This document shows, one piece after another, positions 50,576 through 60,936 of a DNA stretch of 64,000 nucleotides. Below the pieces are notes generated by a model that searched no databases, was not told the DNA's origin, and worked only from the letters and a program-made list of their open reading frames with translations. Each line of letters opens with the position of its first letter. Positions within the stretch are counted from its first letter, which is position 1. The translations under genes and the position numbers were made by a program. The DNA comes from Promethearchaeota archaeon (GTDB taxonomy: Archaea > Asgardarchaeota > Lokiarchaeia > Sigyniarchaeales > SOKP01), in NCBI GenBank assembly GCA_048938855.1, contig JBHLLT010000006.1:41986-105985 (forward strand), read 5' to 3'.

Positions 50576-51865
50576 TTTTTGAGTTTCTTTTGCATACTGT
50601 CGGAGTCCTAATATAGATTCACGTGTTTTATTACCAATCATAACAATTCCTAGCATATTAAGCAAGATATCAATGTATAAATATGGCTTTGCAGGACTAT
50701 CATCATTCTTCAGAATTTCATCTAATTTCGAATGGAACTCAATGCTTAATGCCTTAACCTTCTTGTATTGGTTCTCAGATATAAACTGATAATGTATCAA
50801 ATTGTTCTCTAGTGCCTCCATAAGTACATTAATTGTCTCAATCATGGGTAAATCTTCCATTGCTACAGAAGTTAAGAGGTGACTTTCTGTTGCTTCTAAA
50901 TAACTATTTATATGGTCTGAGATCATCTTGAGTTTTCTATATTCATAAGAGAATTTAGGTATATTTGCCAGAAGAGGTTCCCAATTATTCTCTTTTATTG
51001 CTTTTTTTAAATCAAATTCCTTTTTCTCCAAAAGTAAATCAAAATCTTTACTTAATTTATAATATTTTCTCTTGATATTACCGGGTTGTATCTCATCCTC
51101 TTTTATGTATGATTGAATTAGTCCCAATCGAACTAAATCTCTTGTGAGACGAGAAAGTTGTGCTTTACTTTTACCTGTATAATAGGACATTTCTTTAAGG
51201 CTTAATTCCTTATAGATTTTCAGTAATATGAATATTCTGATGTCTAGTTCATTCCGAAAAACATCTACAAAATGCCTTTTAGGATATACTCTCTTAATAA
51301 TTTTCGCAAAACCTCTAAAGAGATCTCCTATTTCTTTTTCATTTTTTGAAGATAATTCTATCGATCCGATTAAATTTCTTGTGGAGGCTAACTTATTAGC
51401 ATGTTGGATAGAGATCTCTCTCTCATCTTGAAGATCTGCTTTAGTTCCAACCATTAAAATTGGAATATTTACATTTCTTTTGGTTTTTTTAAATAATTTC
51501 AACCACCATTCTAAATCGACTAGACTAGATTTATCGGTTATATCATAAACAAATATAGCCCCTGCAGCACCTATAGTAAAAGGTTCAAAATAAGGTCTTG
51601 GTTTTTTTAATTTACCTTCCCTTTTTGTCTTAGTTATCTTAAGATCTTTAAATTTTTCTACACCTGTAAGTTCCCAAACATGTAATATTAAGTCTTCATC
51701 ATCTATTTTTAACTTGTTCTGATAGAAACTTACTCCTAAAGTTAATTTAGGGTGGACCCCTAAACTTTCGTTATCAGCTTCCCTAAAATATTTGCCTAAT
51801 AAAGTAGATTTTCCTACTCCACTTTCTCCAAAAACACATATTTTATAGATTTGTGGTTTTTTCAT
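50567..51865 (-). CDS. Rab-like small GTPase fused to a winged-HTH (MarR/ArsR-like) domain
   Basis: GESGVGKS, WELTG, GTKAD, ELSSK; then LSLKEMSYYTGKSKAQLSRLTRDLVRLGLI...KRKYY. Confidence 0.85.
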   Translation of the reverse strand: MKKPQIYKICVFGESGVGKSTLLGKYFREADNESLGVHPKLTLGVSFYQNKLKIDDEDLILHVWELTGVEKFKDLKITKTKREGKLKKPRPYFEPFTIGAAGAIFVYDITDKSSLVDLEWWLKLFKKTKRNVNIPILMVGTKADLQDEREISIQHANKLASTRNLIGSIELSSKNEKEIGDLFRGFAKIIKRVYPKRHFVDVFRNELDIRIFILLKIYKELSLKEMSYYTGKSKAQLSRLTRDLVRLGLIQSYIKEDEIQPGNIKRKYYKLSKDFDLLLEKKEFDLKKAIKENNWEPLLANIPKFSYEYRKLKMISDHINSYLEATESHLLTSVAMEDLPMIETINVLMEALENNLIHYQFISENQYKKVKALSIEFHSKLDEILKNDDSPAKPYLYIDILLNMLGIVMIGNKTRESILGLRQYAKETQKSL

Positions 51866-52124
51866 TTTTTGATTACCACATATTTTTATTCAATATCACA
51901 AAAAATGTAACGTTTCATATATATAAATATTATGCAACGCTGAAGATTATCCCAACTCCTTGCAAAATCCATTTTTAAAATTTATATAAAAAAATTCGAT
52001 CCCAAATTGCCTAAAATTGGTTTAGAGCATTTAAATCACAAAATATTAACTTGATGTAAAAATATATTATTTGTTAATATTACCTATTTAGAGAAAATCA
52101 TATAATTTTCTAACTTATTTCATA

Positions 52125-53753
52125 ATGGATTCTTTAGATATTGACAATCGAGAGAAAAGTAAACTAATTTCTAGAGAGATAATAGATTACTTAATCAAAA
52201 ATCCTAAAACAAATCGTAAAAAAATAACAAATATTAAAGGTAAAATTGGGAAAAAATACAAATTTAATAAAGTTATAAAAAATGCAACTATCCTAAACTA
52301 CGCAACAGAAGAAGAAAAAGTAGTTATTACTCAGATCCTTAAAAGGAGAAAAACTAGAACTTTATCTGGAGTCTCGGTTATAGCCATTATGACTAAACCG
52401 CTCCCATGTCCTGGAACGTGTATATATTGTCCTGGACAAGATTCTCAACCAGGGCAAAAAGTTGCGCAAAGTTATACTGGTCGCGAACCAGCTGCTATGA
52501 GATCTATTCATAATAATTACGATCCATACTTTCAAGTTCGAAGCAGAATTAATGATTTAGAAGCTATTGGCCATATAGTAGATAAAATCGAATTAATTGT
52601 TATGGGAGGTACCTTTCTGTCAACTGATCCAAATTATCAAAAAGATTTTATCAAGGGAGCCCTAGAAGGAATTATCAGTCAAAGAGTAAATACATTAGAA
52701 GAAGCCAAAAAGCTTGCTGAAACTTCAAAAAGGCGTTTAATAGGGCTTACTATTGAGACAAGACCTGATTATTGTAAAGAAAAAGATGTAGATCAAATGT
52801 TGAAGTTTGGAACTACTCGTGTCGAAATTGGAATACAAACAGTTTATGATGATATTTTTGAACTTGTAAAGAGAGGTCATACTACATTAGATAGTATAGA
52901 AGCTATAAGAATTGCTAAGGACGCTGGATTAAAAATTAATGCCCATATTATGCCCAATCTCCCTGGTTCTAGTTATTCGAAAGATATCGAATTATTTGAT
53001 AAATTGTTTTCCAATTCAGATTACCGGCCAGATATGTTAAAAATTTATCCAACTCTTGTAATTAATGGTACTGAATTATATAACTGGTGGAAAAAAGGCA
53101 AATATACTCCATATACAGATAAGGAATTAATAGATTTAATTGCAAAGGTTAAAATAAAACTTCCCCCTTTTGTCAGAATTCAGAGAGTTATGAGAGATAT
53201 CCCAGCTACTTTAATTGAAGCTGGATGCAAAAATAGCAATTTAAGACAGTTAGTCCAAGAAAAATTAAGAGAGATGGATGAAACTTGTAAATGTATAAGA
53301 TGTAGGGAATACGGATTCAGTAAAAGAAAAAATTTTGGTAAAGAGGTTAATCTAGAGGATATAAAGCTATATCGATTTGATTATGATGCCTCTCAAGGAA
53401 AAGAAATATTTTTATCTTATGAGAATAAGGAAGAAGATTATTTAATTGGATACCTACGTTTGAGAAAACCTTCTGAACTTGCTCATAGACCCGAATTGAA
53501 TGATGGAAAAACAATGATAGTGAGAGAAATAAAAGTTGTTGGCGAACTTGTACCAAAGGACTTGAAACCAAATCTATTGACTCAAATTCAACATAGAGGT
53601 TATGGCAAATTACTAATGAGCCATGCAGAAAAAATCTCAACTGATGAATTTGAAGCAAAAAAACTTGCTGTTATAAGTGGTATTGGAGCAAAATCATATT
53701 TCTATGAAATGGGATATAAATCAGATGGTGTGTATGTTTCTAAAATGCTCTAA
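52125..53753 (+). CDS. elp3: Elongator Elp3 tRNA uridine(34) acetyltransferase (radical SAM + GNAT)
   Basis: RTLSGVSVIAIM, CPGTCIYCPG, SYTGREPA, IETRPD, QHRGYGKLL. Confidence 0.97.
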   Translation: MDSLDIDNREKSKLISREIIDYLIKNPKTNRKKITNIKGKIGKKYKFNKVIKNATILNYATEEEKVVITQILKRRKTRTLSGVSVIAIMTKPLPCPGTCIYCPGQDSQPGQKVAQSYTGREPAAMRSIHNNYDPYFQVRSRINDLEAIGHIVDKIELIVMGGTFLSTDPNYQKDFIKGALEGIISQRVNTLEEAKKLAETSKRRLIGLTIETRPDYCKEKDVDQMLKFGTTRVEIGIQTVYDDIFELVKRGHTTLDSIEAIRIAKDAGLKINAHIMPNLPGSSYSKDIELFDKLFSNSDYRPDMLKIYPTLVINGTELYNWWKKGKYTPYTDKELIDLIAKVKIKLPPFVRIQRVMRDIPATLIEAGCKNSNLRQLVQEKLREMDETCKCIRCREYGFSKRKNFGKEVNLEDIKLYRFDYDASQGKEIFLSYENKEEDYLIGYLRLRKPSELAHRPELNDGKTMIVREIKVVGELVPKDLKPNLLTQIQHRGYGKLLMSHAEKISTDEFEAKKLAVISGIGAKSYFYEMGYKSDGVYVSKML

Positions 53754-53857
53754 TCATAAAAAGGGCTTCATGATTAATTTGTACGCTTAAATTGTGCAAA
53801 AATCTTTCTTATAAATAAAAAACTTTTTCTTTTTTATACATCTCTTTATATATTATA

Positions 53858-54982
53858 TTGGATTATATAATGGACAAAAATGGTTCATGTTGTATAAGAA
53901 TGCCCGCACAAAAACCTTTATCAAAAAAAAAAATTACCCAACAAACAATTTCCACTACTCCCGATCTAAAACAAAGAATTGATAACTTTGTTATAGAAAA
54001 CCAAGAAAAAAATCCAGATGATAAGAGGTTCAAAAGCGTTTCTGCCTTTTATAATTACGTATTACAAAAAACCTTAGAATGTTTTGAGAAAGGAAAAAGT
54101 CTGGATGATTTTGCTGATTATGTAGACAGTGAATTTAAAAACTTCTTTGACAAAATCTCCTTTAAGGCCACAATTCCTTATTATGAGGAAGCTATCAAAC
54201 CAAATAAATACACAAATCCTTCACTTGAGAAATTGCCAGCTTTCTTCTTAACAGTTAGACGATTTTATATGAAACTAATGAAATCTCGAGAGATTGTTGA
54301 TATACAAAATACAATTGGTCGTATAAAGAATTATTTAGTCTCAAATAATATAACTAAGGAATTTAAGATAGATCTATTTACGGGAAAGAGTCCTACAGAT
54401 TTATCGGGAATTTTTGAGTTCGCAGGTATTTACAAAAACTTAACTTATGATACTTGTAAATATACTTCTGCATTTTTTGGGATATTGGGAATAAGAGTAA
54501 ATAATATTGTATATTCAGAAAAAGATGGATACTATAGGTTTGATTTAAAAGCAACAGATTTGTTTTTTCGAGATGATCTAGCCAAATTTGAGAGAGTTAA
54601 GCTAATGAGTGAAAATGTATCTTATTTTATAAATTACTATAAAATCATCGATGATAAAGATTTCTATTTATGGATGAAATTAGCCGAAGATAAAAATGCA
54701 ATTATTTGTTTCAACAATGAAGAAACTCAAAACAAATGGTTTGATTTAATTGAACGTGAAATTAGAAAATTCTCAGACAAAGATGACAATAGACTCCAAA
54801 TTCTAAAATTCTTTGAAAAGCTGCATTGGATTGATATTGAAAAGGAGAATGAACTATACTTTTACATAAGGTTATCAGATTCGAAATTCAAGGCTGAAAG
54901 AGAGTTTTTAATGAAGACTCTTTCAAAAAGCTCACAATTATCTCAAGAAAATGGAAGATATTATCTAAAAGACTTAGCGTAG
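53858..54982 (+). CDS. Uncharacterised protein, paralogue A (RHH-like N-terminus)
   Basis: QQTIS..P.LK..I...DKRFKSVS; shares FFDK..FKATIP, LWM.LAED, F.KLHWI.IE with the 55369 ORF. Confidence 0.75.
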   Translation: MDYIMDKNGSCCIRMPAQKPLSKKKITQQTISTTPDLKQRIDNFVIENQEKNPDDKRFKSVSAFYNYVLQKTLECFEKGKSLDDFADYVDSEFKNFFDKISFKATIPYYEEAIKPNKYTNPSLEKLPAFFLTVRRFYMKLMKSREIVDIQNTIGRIKNYLVSNNITKEFKIDLFTGKSPTDLSGIFEFAGIYKNLTYDTCKYTSAFFGILGIRVNNIVYSEKDGYYRFDLKATDLFFRDDLAKFERVKLMSENVSYFINYYKIIDDKDFYLWMKLAEDKNAIICFNNEETQNKWFDLIEREIRKFSDKDDNRLQILKFFEKLHWIDIEKENELYFYIRLSDSKFKAEREFLMKTLSKSSQLSQENGRYYLKDLA

Positions 54983-55368
54983 ATAATTTTATAGATAGTA
55001 ATTTAAAATTTTTAAAAAAAAAAAGGTGGATCTCGACCCCCTTAACCCTACCGTTTTCTCCCTACTTTGCCTTTATGGTTAGGTTCTCCTGTCATCCCCT
55101 TGATTTTTATCCCTAACAATTGCCCATAAATTACTTTTTTTCTTTATTTATAAACTATCATAATGGAAAATCATTTCTGAAATCATTTGCTTAGATACTG
55201 TAAATACCAAGAATCGTAGAATAAGTAAACCTAAATCACTATTCAATAAAATTGTATTTTTAAAAATCTCATTTAAATTTAAATATTTACTAAAAGTCAA
55301 CAAAAGTTTATTAAATCGAAGTTTACATCTAACATAAATTTAAAAATTATATACAATTTTAACTCTTT

Positions 55369-56445
55369 ATGAGTGATAAAAAATACCTCTCCCATAAGAA
55401 AACAGCCCAACAGACAATTTCAATATCACCAGCTCTTAAAGAGTGGATAAAGAGATATGTAAATGTGCATCATAGGAAGGATTCTAATGATGAACGTTTT
55501 AAAAGTATAAGTTCGTTTATTACTTATATTCTGGATAATATAATGATACTTTTTAAAGAGGGAAAAACAATTGAAGATTTTAAGAGAGTAGAAGATCAAG
55601 TTTATAAGGATTTTTTTGATAAATTTACCTTCAAAGCCACTATTCCACTTTATGATATGGTAGCAGAAAGTAATAGATTTACTCCAATATCTTTTGATTT
55701 TATTACTAGATTCCTTATGTCTGTTTACCATTTTTATAAAAAAATTTATTTAAAGGAAAAAAGTCCTGAAGGTTGGATACAAGTATTTGAACGTTTTAGA
55801 AATCGAACATACCCTTCTAATATAACAAAAGAACTTAAACTTGAGGTTTTTCCCGAAAGAGATAAAGGGTTTGGCAAAGGTTATTTGGAATTTATAGGCA
55901 AGCAGAGAAATTTACATTTTGAAAATTGTAAATTTTTTGCGGGTATTTGCGGTCTTTTAGGACTAAAGGTCACTGATTTTCATTATTCATCTAAGGATTT
56001 TTACGGGAGACTTGATTTAATCGAGACGGCCCTAGCATTTAGAGAGGAACTAGTTAAAAAAGAAAGAATAAAACTCCTACAAGAAAATGTTAATTTTGTT
56101 ATAAACTATAATAGAATGCTTAATGATAAAGATAAGTTCTTATGGATGAATTTAGCAGAGGATAACGATATATTAGTATGTTTTAAGAATAAAAAAGCTT
56201 TTAATAAATGGATTATAGCTATCGAGAAGGATTTACGTGAATTTGGTCCGCAACAAGCATTTCTTGGTAAAATTTTACAGTATTTTAATAAACTCCATTG
56301 GATTAAAATTGAAAATATAGAAGATTATTCTTTTCGAATTGATCAATCACTTGAAAATAATATTGAACAAAAACAATTTTTAATTGGTTATCTTTCAAAA
56401 TATTCAGAAGTTATCCAAATTGATGAAATTTATCAATTAAAATAA
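55369..56445 (+). CDS. Uncharacterised protein, paralogue B (RHH-like N-terminus)
   Basis: Full-length similarity to the 53858 ORF. Confidence 0.75.
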   Translation: MSDKKYLSHKKTAQQTISISPALKEWIKRYVNVHHRKDSNDERFKSISSFITYILDNIMILFKEGKTIEDFKRVEDQVYKDFFDKFTFKATIPLYDMVAESNRFTPISFDFITRFLMSVYHFYKKIYLKEKSPEGWIQVFERFRNRTYPSNITKELKLEVFPERDKGFGKGYLEFIGKQRNLHFENCKFFAGICGLLGLKVTDFHYSSKDFYGRLDLIETALAFREELVKKERIKLLQENVNFVINYNRMLNDKDKFLWMNLAEDNDILVCFKNKKAFNKWIIAIEKDLREFGPQQAFLGKILQYFNKLHWIKIENIEDYSFRIDQSLENNIEQKQFLIGYLSKYSEVIQIDEIYQLK

Positions 56446-56568
56446 TCGGATTTCCACCTTTAATTAATTTTATTTAGTTAAGATTGAAAATCATTAAAGA
56501 TTTAAAGGAAAATGCCTAAAATTATTTATTGTTAAGGATTAAAACTTTTATATAATTTAGGGATAAAA

Positions 56569-58896
56569 TTGGTAATTACGCCGTTAAATGAGAAAGTTCG
56601 AGGTACTCCTCACCTTTCACTTAAAGTTCCTATCTATTATACACAAGCGCTTAAAGATACTTCGGAAAGTTCTATTATTATTAAACAAGCTAATGGTCTT
56701 AAGAACACTCTTGAGAATTTACCTATCATTATAAGGCCTGATGAAATTATAGTAGGAACTTTTGATGTGGATATTCCTGTTGCTGTTCCAAGACTTGAGG
56801 CAAGTGGTTTTAGGATCATGAAAGAACTAGAATTTCTTCCAAAAAGAGTTGTAAACCCTATCAAAGTCAAGGATTCAGATATAACAATATTGAGAAAAGA
56901 AATTGCTCCTTTTTATGATAGTTTTAAGATTGATAATTATGCTAGAAAATATGCTCCTGATTATGTATTTGAAACATCCTTTAGTGGTTGTGCCTATGTT
57001 GCAACAGAGATAGGGGGAATTGCCCATGCTGTTATTGATTATCCACGACTTCTCTCATTCGGATTAAGAAAGTATATTGAATTCTCTCGGGAAAAAATAA
57101 CGGAACTTAAAAGTCGATCAGCTTCAAATTTAGATATTGACAAGAAAGTTGCATTTTATAACTCAATCATAATTATATCAGAAGCACTTATTGCGTATGC
57201 TAATAAATTTAGTAAAGTTGCTAGAAAGTTAGCATTAAAAGAGTCAAATCCTATTAGAAAAAAAGAATTAGAGATGATTACTAAGATATGTAATAAAGTT
57301 CCTGAGTATCCTCCTAACAATTTTCATGAAGCTATTCAATTTTTATGGTTTATTCATATGTCTCTTCATATTGAAAATTTTGAACATGGAATATCTTTTG
57401 GCCGGATAGACCAATATTTAAATCAATATTATGATAAAAATTCAGGTAATGCATTGCGTTTAATTAAGAACCTTCTTTTGAAGACAAATGAAATTATAGC
57501 TTTATATGATTCAGTAGCAACTCAATATTTTGGAGGCATGGCAACAACACAGAATATTTTAATAGGAGGTATTGATAAACAAGGAAAAGATGCCACTAAT
57601 AATTTAACTTATTTATTCTTAAAAGCTATAGGGGAACTTGCTGTTCCAAGTCCTAATTTAGTGATAAGGATTCATAAAAATACACCCCAGAGACTATATA
57701 AAGAAATTGCCAAAGTTTTAGCCCAAGGAAAAAATGTAATCGGACTTTATAACGATGAGTTAGTAGTTAAGAGTTTATTAAACTATGGAATCACGTTACA
57801 AGAAGCTAGAGATTATGGAATAGTTGGGTGTGTGGGATTATCTACTTCTGGCACGTCTTTTGATAATACCGGTGCTATATTTCTTAATTTGGCAAAAGCC
57901 TTAGAACTAGCATTAGGAACTGACAAGACCTTTATTAGTAATTATATTCTATCAGATTTAGAGCCAAGAGGTTTTAAATCTATAGATGAAATACTAGAAA
58001 CCTTTGGCAAAAAATTAAAAGCTATGATGAAAATGGCTACTGTTGCTGCCAACGCATACCAAAAGGCACATAAAAAGATAAAACCAACTCCCTTGATGTC
58101 ACTTTGTATAAAAGGTTGTTTTGAAAAAGGAATTGATGTAAATGAAGGTTCTGCAAAATATAATTTCTCTGGCATACATACAACAGGTTTTTCTGATGTT
58201 GTAGATTCTCTCGCTGCTATAGAATGGGCAGTTTACAAAGAAAAGAAAGTAAGTATAGAATCTCTAATAGAGGCACTAAGAAGGAATTTTAGAGGCTACA
58301 AAGATCTCAGAAATTATCTATTATATAAATGTCCTAAATACGGTAATGATAATGATCAGGTAGATAAATATGCTAAAAAAGTGGCAGAAATTCTTTTTAA
58401 ATCTGTAGAAGGCCTCCGATGTGCTAGAGGAGGAAAGTATCGAGTTGGAATTCATGCTATGACTACTCATGTAGGATTTGGGATTTTTACAGGAGCGCTT
58501 CCTTCTGGGAGAAAAAAGGGGAAACCATTAACTAGAGATGTTGCCCCTGGTTTTACAGCTAAAAACGGACTTACTTCAACAATAAATAGTATTACTAAGT
58601 TGGACCATTCACTTCTATCAAATGGAGTAGCTTGTACAATAAATATTGATCCTGAAATTATTAAGGTTGAGGATGGGAAAATTTTTGAATCTCTGTTAAG
58701 ATCATATGTTAATTTAAATGGTTCTCATATTCAATTTAATTCAATTTCTGTACCTGACCTTGAAGCTGCTCAGAAACAGCCTGAAAATTATCAAAACTTT
58801 ATGGTTAGAGTTTCAGGTTATAGTGCTAGATTTGTAGATCTCCCTAGAGCAGTTCAGGATGATATTATTGCGAGACATTGTTATAAAAATATTTAA
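56569..58896 (+). CDS. Glycyl radical enzyme (PFL2/dehydratase-like family)
   Basis: SFGRIDQYL, Cys loop IVGCVG, PKYGND, Gly loop MVRVSGYSARF. Confidence 0.93.
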   Translation: MVITPLNEKVRGTPHLSLKVPIYYTQALKDTSESSIIIKQANGLKNTLENLPIIIRPDEIIVGTFDVDIPVAVPRLEASGFRIMKELEFLPKRVVNPIKVKDSDITILRKEIAPFYDSFKIDNYARKYAPDYVFETSFSGCAYVATEIGGIAHAVIDYPRLLSFGLRKYIEFSREKITELKSRSASNLDIDKKVAFYNSIIIISEALIAYANKFSKVARKLALKESNPIRKKELEMITKICNKVPEYPPNNFHEAIQFLWFIHMSLHIENFEHGISFGRIDQYLNQYYDKNSGNALRLIKNLLLKTNEIIALYDSVATQYFGGMATTQNILIGGIDKQGKDATNNLTYLFLKAIGELAVPSPNLVIRIHKNTPQRLYKEIAKVLAQGKNVIGLYNDELVVKSLLNYGITLQEARDYGIVGCVGLSTSGTSFDNTGAIFLNLAKALELALGTDKTFISNYILSDLEPRGFKSIDEILETFGKKLKAMMKMATVAANAYQKAHKKIKPTPLMSLCIKGCFEKGIDVNEGSAKYNFSGIHTTGFSDVVDSLAAIEWAVYKEKKVSIESLIEALRRNFRGYKDLRNYLLYKCPKYGNDNDQVDKYAKKVAEILFKSVEGLRCARGGKYRVGIHAMTTHVGFGIFTGALPSGRKKGKPLTRDVAPGFTAKNGLTSTINSITKLDHSLLSNGVACTINIDPEIIKVEDGKIFESLLRSYVNLNGSHIQFNSISVPDLEAAQKQPENYQNFMVRVSGYSARFVDLPRAVQDDIIARHCYKNI

Positions 58897-59007
58897 AATG
58901 AATTTGCTTCCATAATTGTTGTTAAATATTTAAAATAGCCGATATTAAAATATCCTAAACCTTTTTTGAAAATAATAATATGTTTTATTACTTCACAATT
59001 TTAATAT

Positions 59008-60936
59008 TTGAATATCATGGAAGAATTTGACTATGAAAAACTTGGTTTAATTTGTGGATTAGAGATCCATCAACAGCTTGATACACAGAAAAAACTATTC
59101 TGTAAATGTCCTGCTGAATTACAAGGAACACGTGAACCAGATTTTACAATTAAACGTACAATGCGTCCAGTTCTAGGAGAATTAGGCGTGTATGATAAAG
59201 CAATGTTAACAGAATACCAAAAAGGAATGGGGATATTATATGAAGGTTACAATGATGTAGTATGTACATATGAACTGGATGATACTCCTCCTTTTTCCTG
59301 TAATCCTGAAGCAAGAATGGTTGCACTACAAATAGCTATGCTTCTAAATGCAAATATTATTGAAGAAATGCATGTTTGCAGAAAGAACTATTTGGATGGT
59401 AGTGTTCCATGTGGTTTTCAAAGAACCATGATTTTAGGTACAGATGGATATGTTACATTAGAAAGTGGTAAAAAAATTCGTATAGAAATTTTAAGCTTAG
59501 AAGAAGAAGCTGCAAGAAAGATTAAAACTGAAAACAAAATGAATTATTTTCGGTTAGATCGATTAGGAATACCTTTAGTAGAAGTCACAACTAAGCCTGA
59601 TATCAATACACCTGAAGAATGTCGTGAGTGTGCTGAAAGGATTGGATTACTTTTATGGTCAACCAACGTCAAGAAAGTTCTCGGTTCAATAAGACAGGAT
59701 GTTAATGTGAGTATCAAAGCAGGTACAAGGATAGAAATTAAGGGAGTTCAAAAATTAGGTTGGATTCCATTATTAATCAACCATGAAATTTCGCGTCAAT
59801 TACAACTAATAAGTATTAAAGAAGAGCTTGAAAAAAGAAAGTTGAATTTAAAAGATATTTCAGATAAATCTGTTGATTTAACTGACTCATTAGCAAAAAT
59901 CAAATCAAATTTTATTACAAAGGGTATTAAATCTGGAAAAAAACTTTATGGGATCAACTTCAAAGGATTTAAAGATATTTTTGGAAAAGAACTAATGGAA
60001 GATTATAGATTTGGTACTGAAGTAAGTAGTAAAGTAAAAATAATTTCAGGATTAAAGGGGATAATACATTCTGATGAAGATCTAAGTAAATATAATCTTT
60101 CTAATGACGATATCAAGAAAATATCAGAGAAATTAAATTCAAGTGAACAGGATTGTTTTGTGTTAGTATTAGGGACTATTAAAGAAATTAATAAAGCTAT
60201 GGATGTCATCATTAATCGAATTAAATTTGCTTTTAAAGGAGTTCCTCCTGAAACAAGAAAAGCACTTGAAAATGGTAACACAGAATTTTTAAGAGAACTT
60301 CATGGAGGAGCAAGATTATATCCCGATACTGATTCAGAAGCTATTTTTAATTTAGAAGAAGAGATCAAAGATATCAAAAAATCACTTCCAGAATATCCAT
60401 GGGAGACTATCAAAAAATATTCAAAAAAATACAAAACTGAAGAAAGAATAATAAAAGATCTAATTTTTACGGGAAAACTGAATTTATTTGATAAATTGAT
60501 AGAATTATATCCTGATAATCCTTCATTAATTTTCACAACCCTTTTAGAGACTACAACAGCTTTAAGAAGAGAAGGAAAAAATATTGAGAATATTGCTGAT
60601 GTTGATTTTTATGAGATTTTTACTTTACTCAAGAAAGGAAAAATTAGCAAGGAAGCGATCGAAGATATATTACAACTTAAAGCCGATTCTCCGGATCTTT
60701 CTATTGAGCAAATTTTGAAGAATCTAAAAATCGAAAGTATCTCGGTTGAAGATCTCAAAAAAATTATTCAAGAAATTATTAGGAAAAATGTAAATTTAAT
60801 AAAAGAAAAGGAAATGAGAGCTAAAGGGCCACTTATGGGAGAAGTTATGAAAAAAGTCAGAGGAAAAATTGATGGAGCGGTTGTATCAAAAGAATTAACA
60901 AATTCAATAAATGAAACCTTAAAGGAGATGAAATAA
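59008..60936 (+). CDS. gatE: Glu-tRNA(Gln) amidotransferase subunit E
   Basis: GLEIHQQL, DGSVPCGFQRT, LDRLGIPLVE, IRQDVNVSI, GGARLYPDTD. Confidence 0.97.
   Translation: MNIMEEFDYEKLGLICGLEIHQQLDTQKKLFCKCPAELQGTREPDFTIKRTMRPVLGELGVYDKAMLTEYQKGMGILYEGYNDVVCTYELDDTPPFSCNPEARMVALQIAMLLNANIIEEMHVCRKNYLDGSVPCGFQRTMILGTDGYVTLESGKKIRIEILSLEEEAARKIKTENKMNYFRLDRLGIPLVEVTTKPDINTPEECRECAERIGLLLWSTNVKKVLGSIRQDVNVSIKAGTRIEIKGVQKLGWIPLLINHEISRQLQLISIKEELEKRKLNLKDISDKSVDLTDSLAKIKSNFITKGIKSGKKLYGINFKGFKDIFGKELMEDYRFGTEVSSKVKIISGLKGIIHSDEDLSKYNLSNDDIKKISEKLNSSEQDCFVLVLGTIKEINKAMDVIINRIKFAFKGVPPETRKALENGNTEFLRELHGGARLYPDTDSEAIFNLEEEIKDIKKSLPEYPWETIKKYSKKYKTEERIIKDLIFTGKLNLFDKLIELYPDNPSLIFTTLLETTTALRREGKNIENIADVDFYEIFTLLKKGKISKEAIEDILQLKADSPDLSIEQILKNLKIESISVEDLKKIIQEIIRKNVNLIKEKEMRAKGPLMGEVMKKVRGKIDGAVVSKELTNSINETLKEMK

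Noticed and set aside
51590-51645. Basic insert in the GTPase-HTH gene as a second mRNA intron
   Set aside because: It is in frame, has no stop, and shows no hairpin or BHB pairing.
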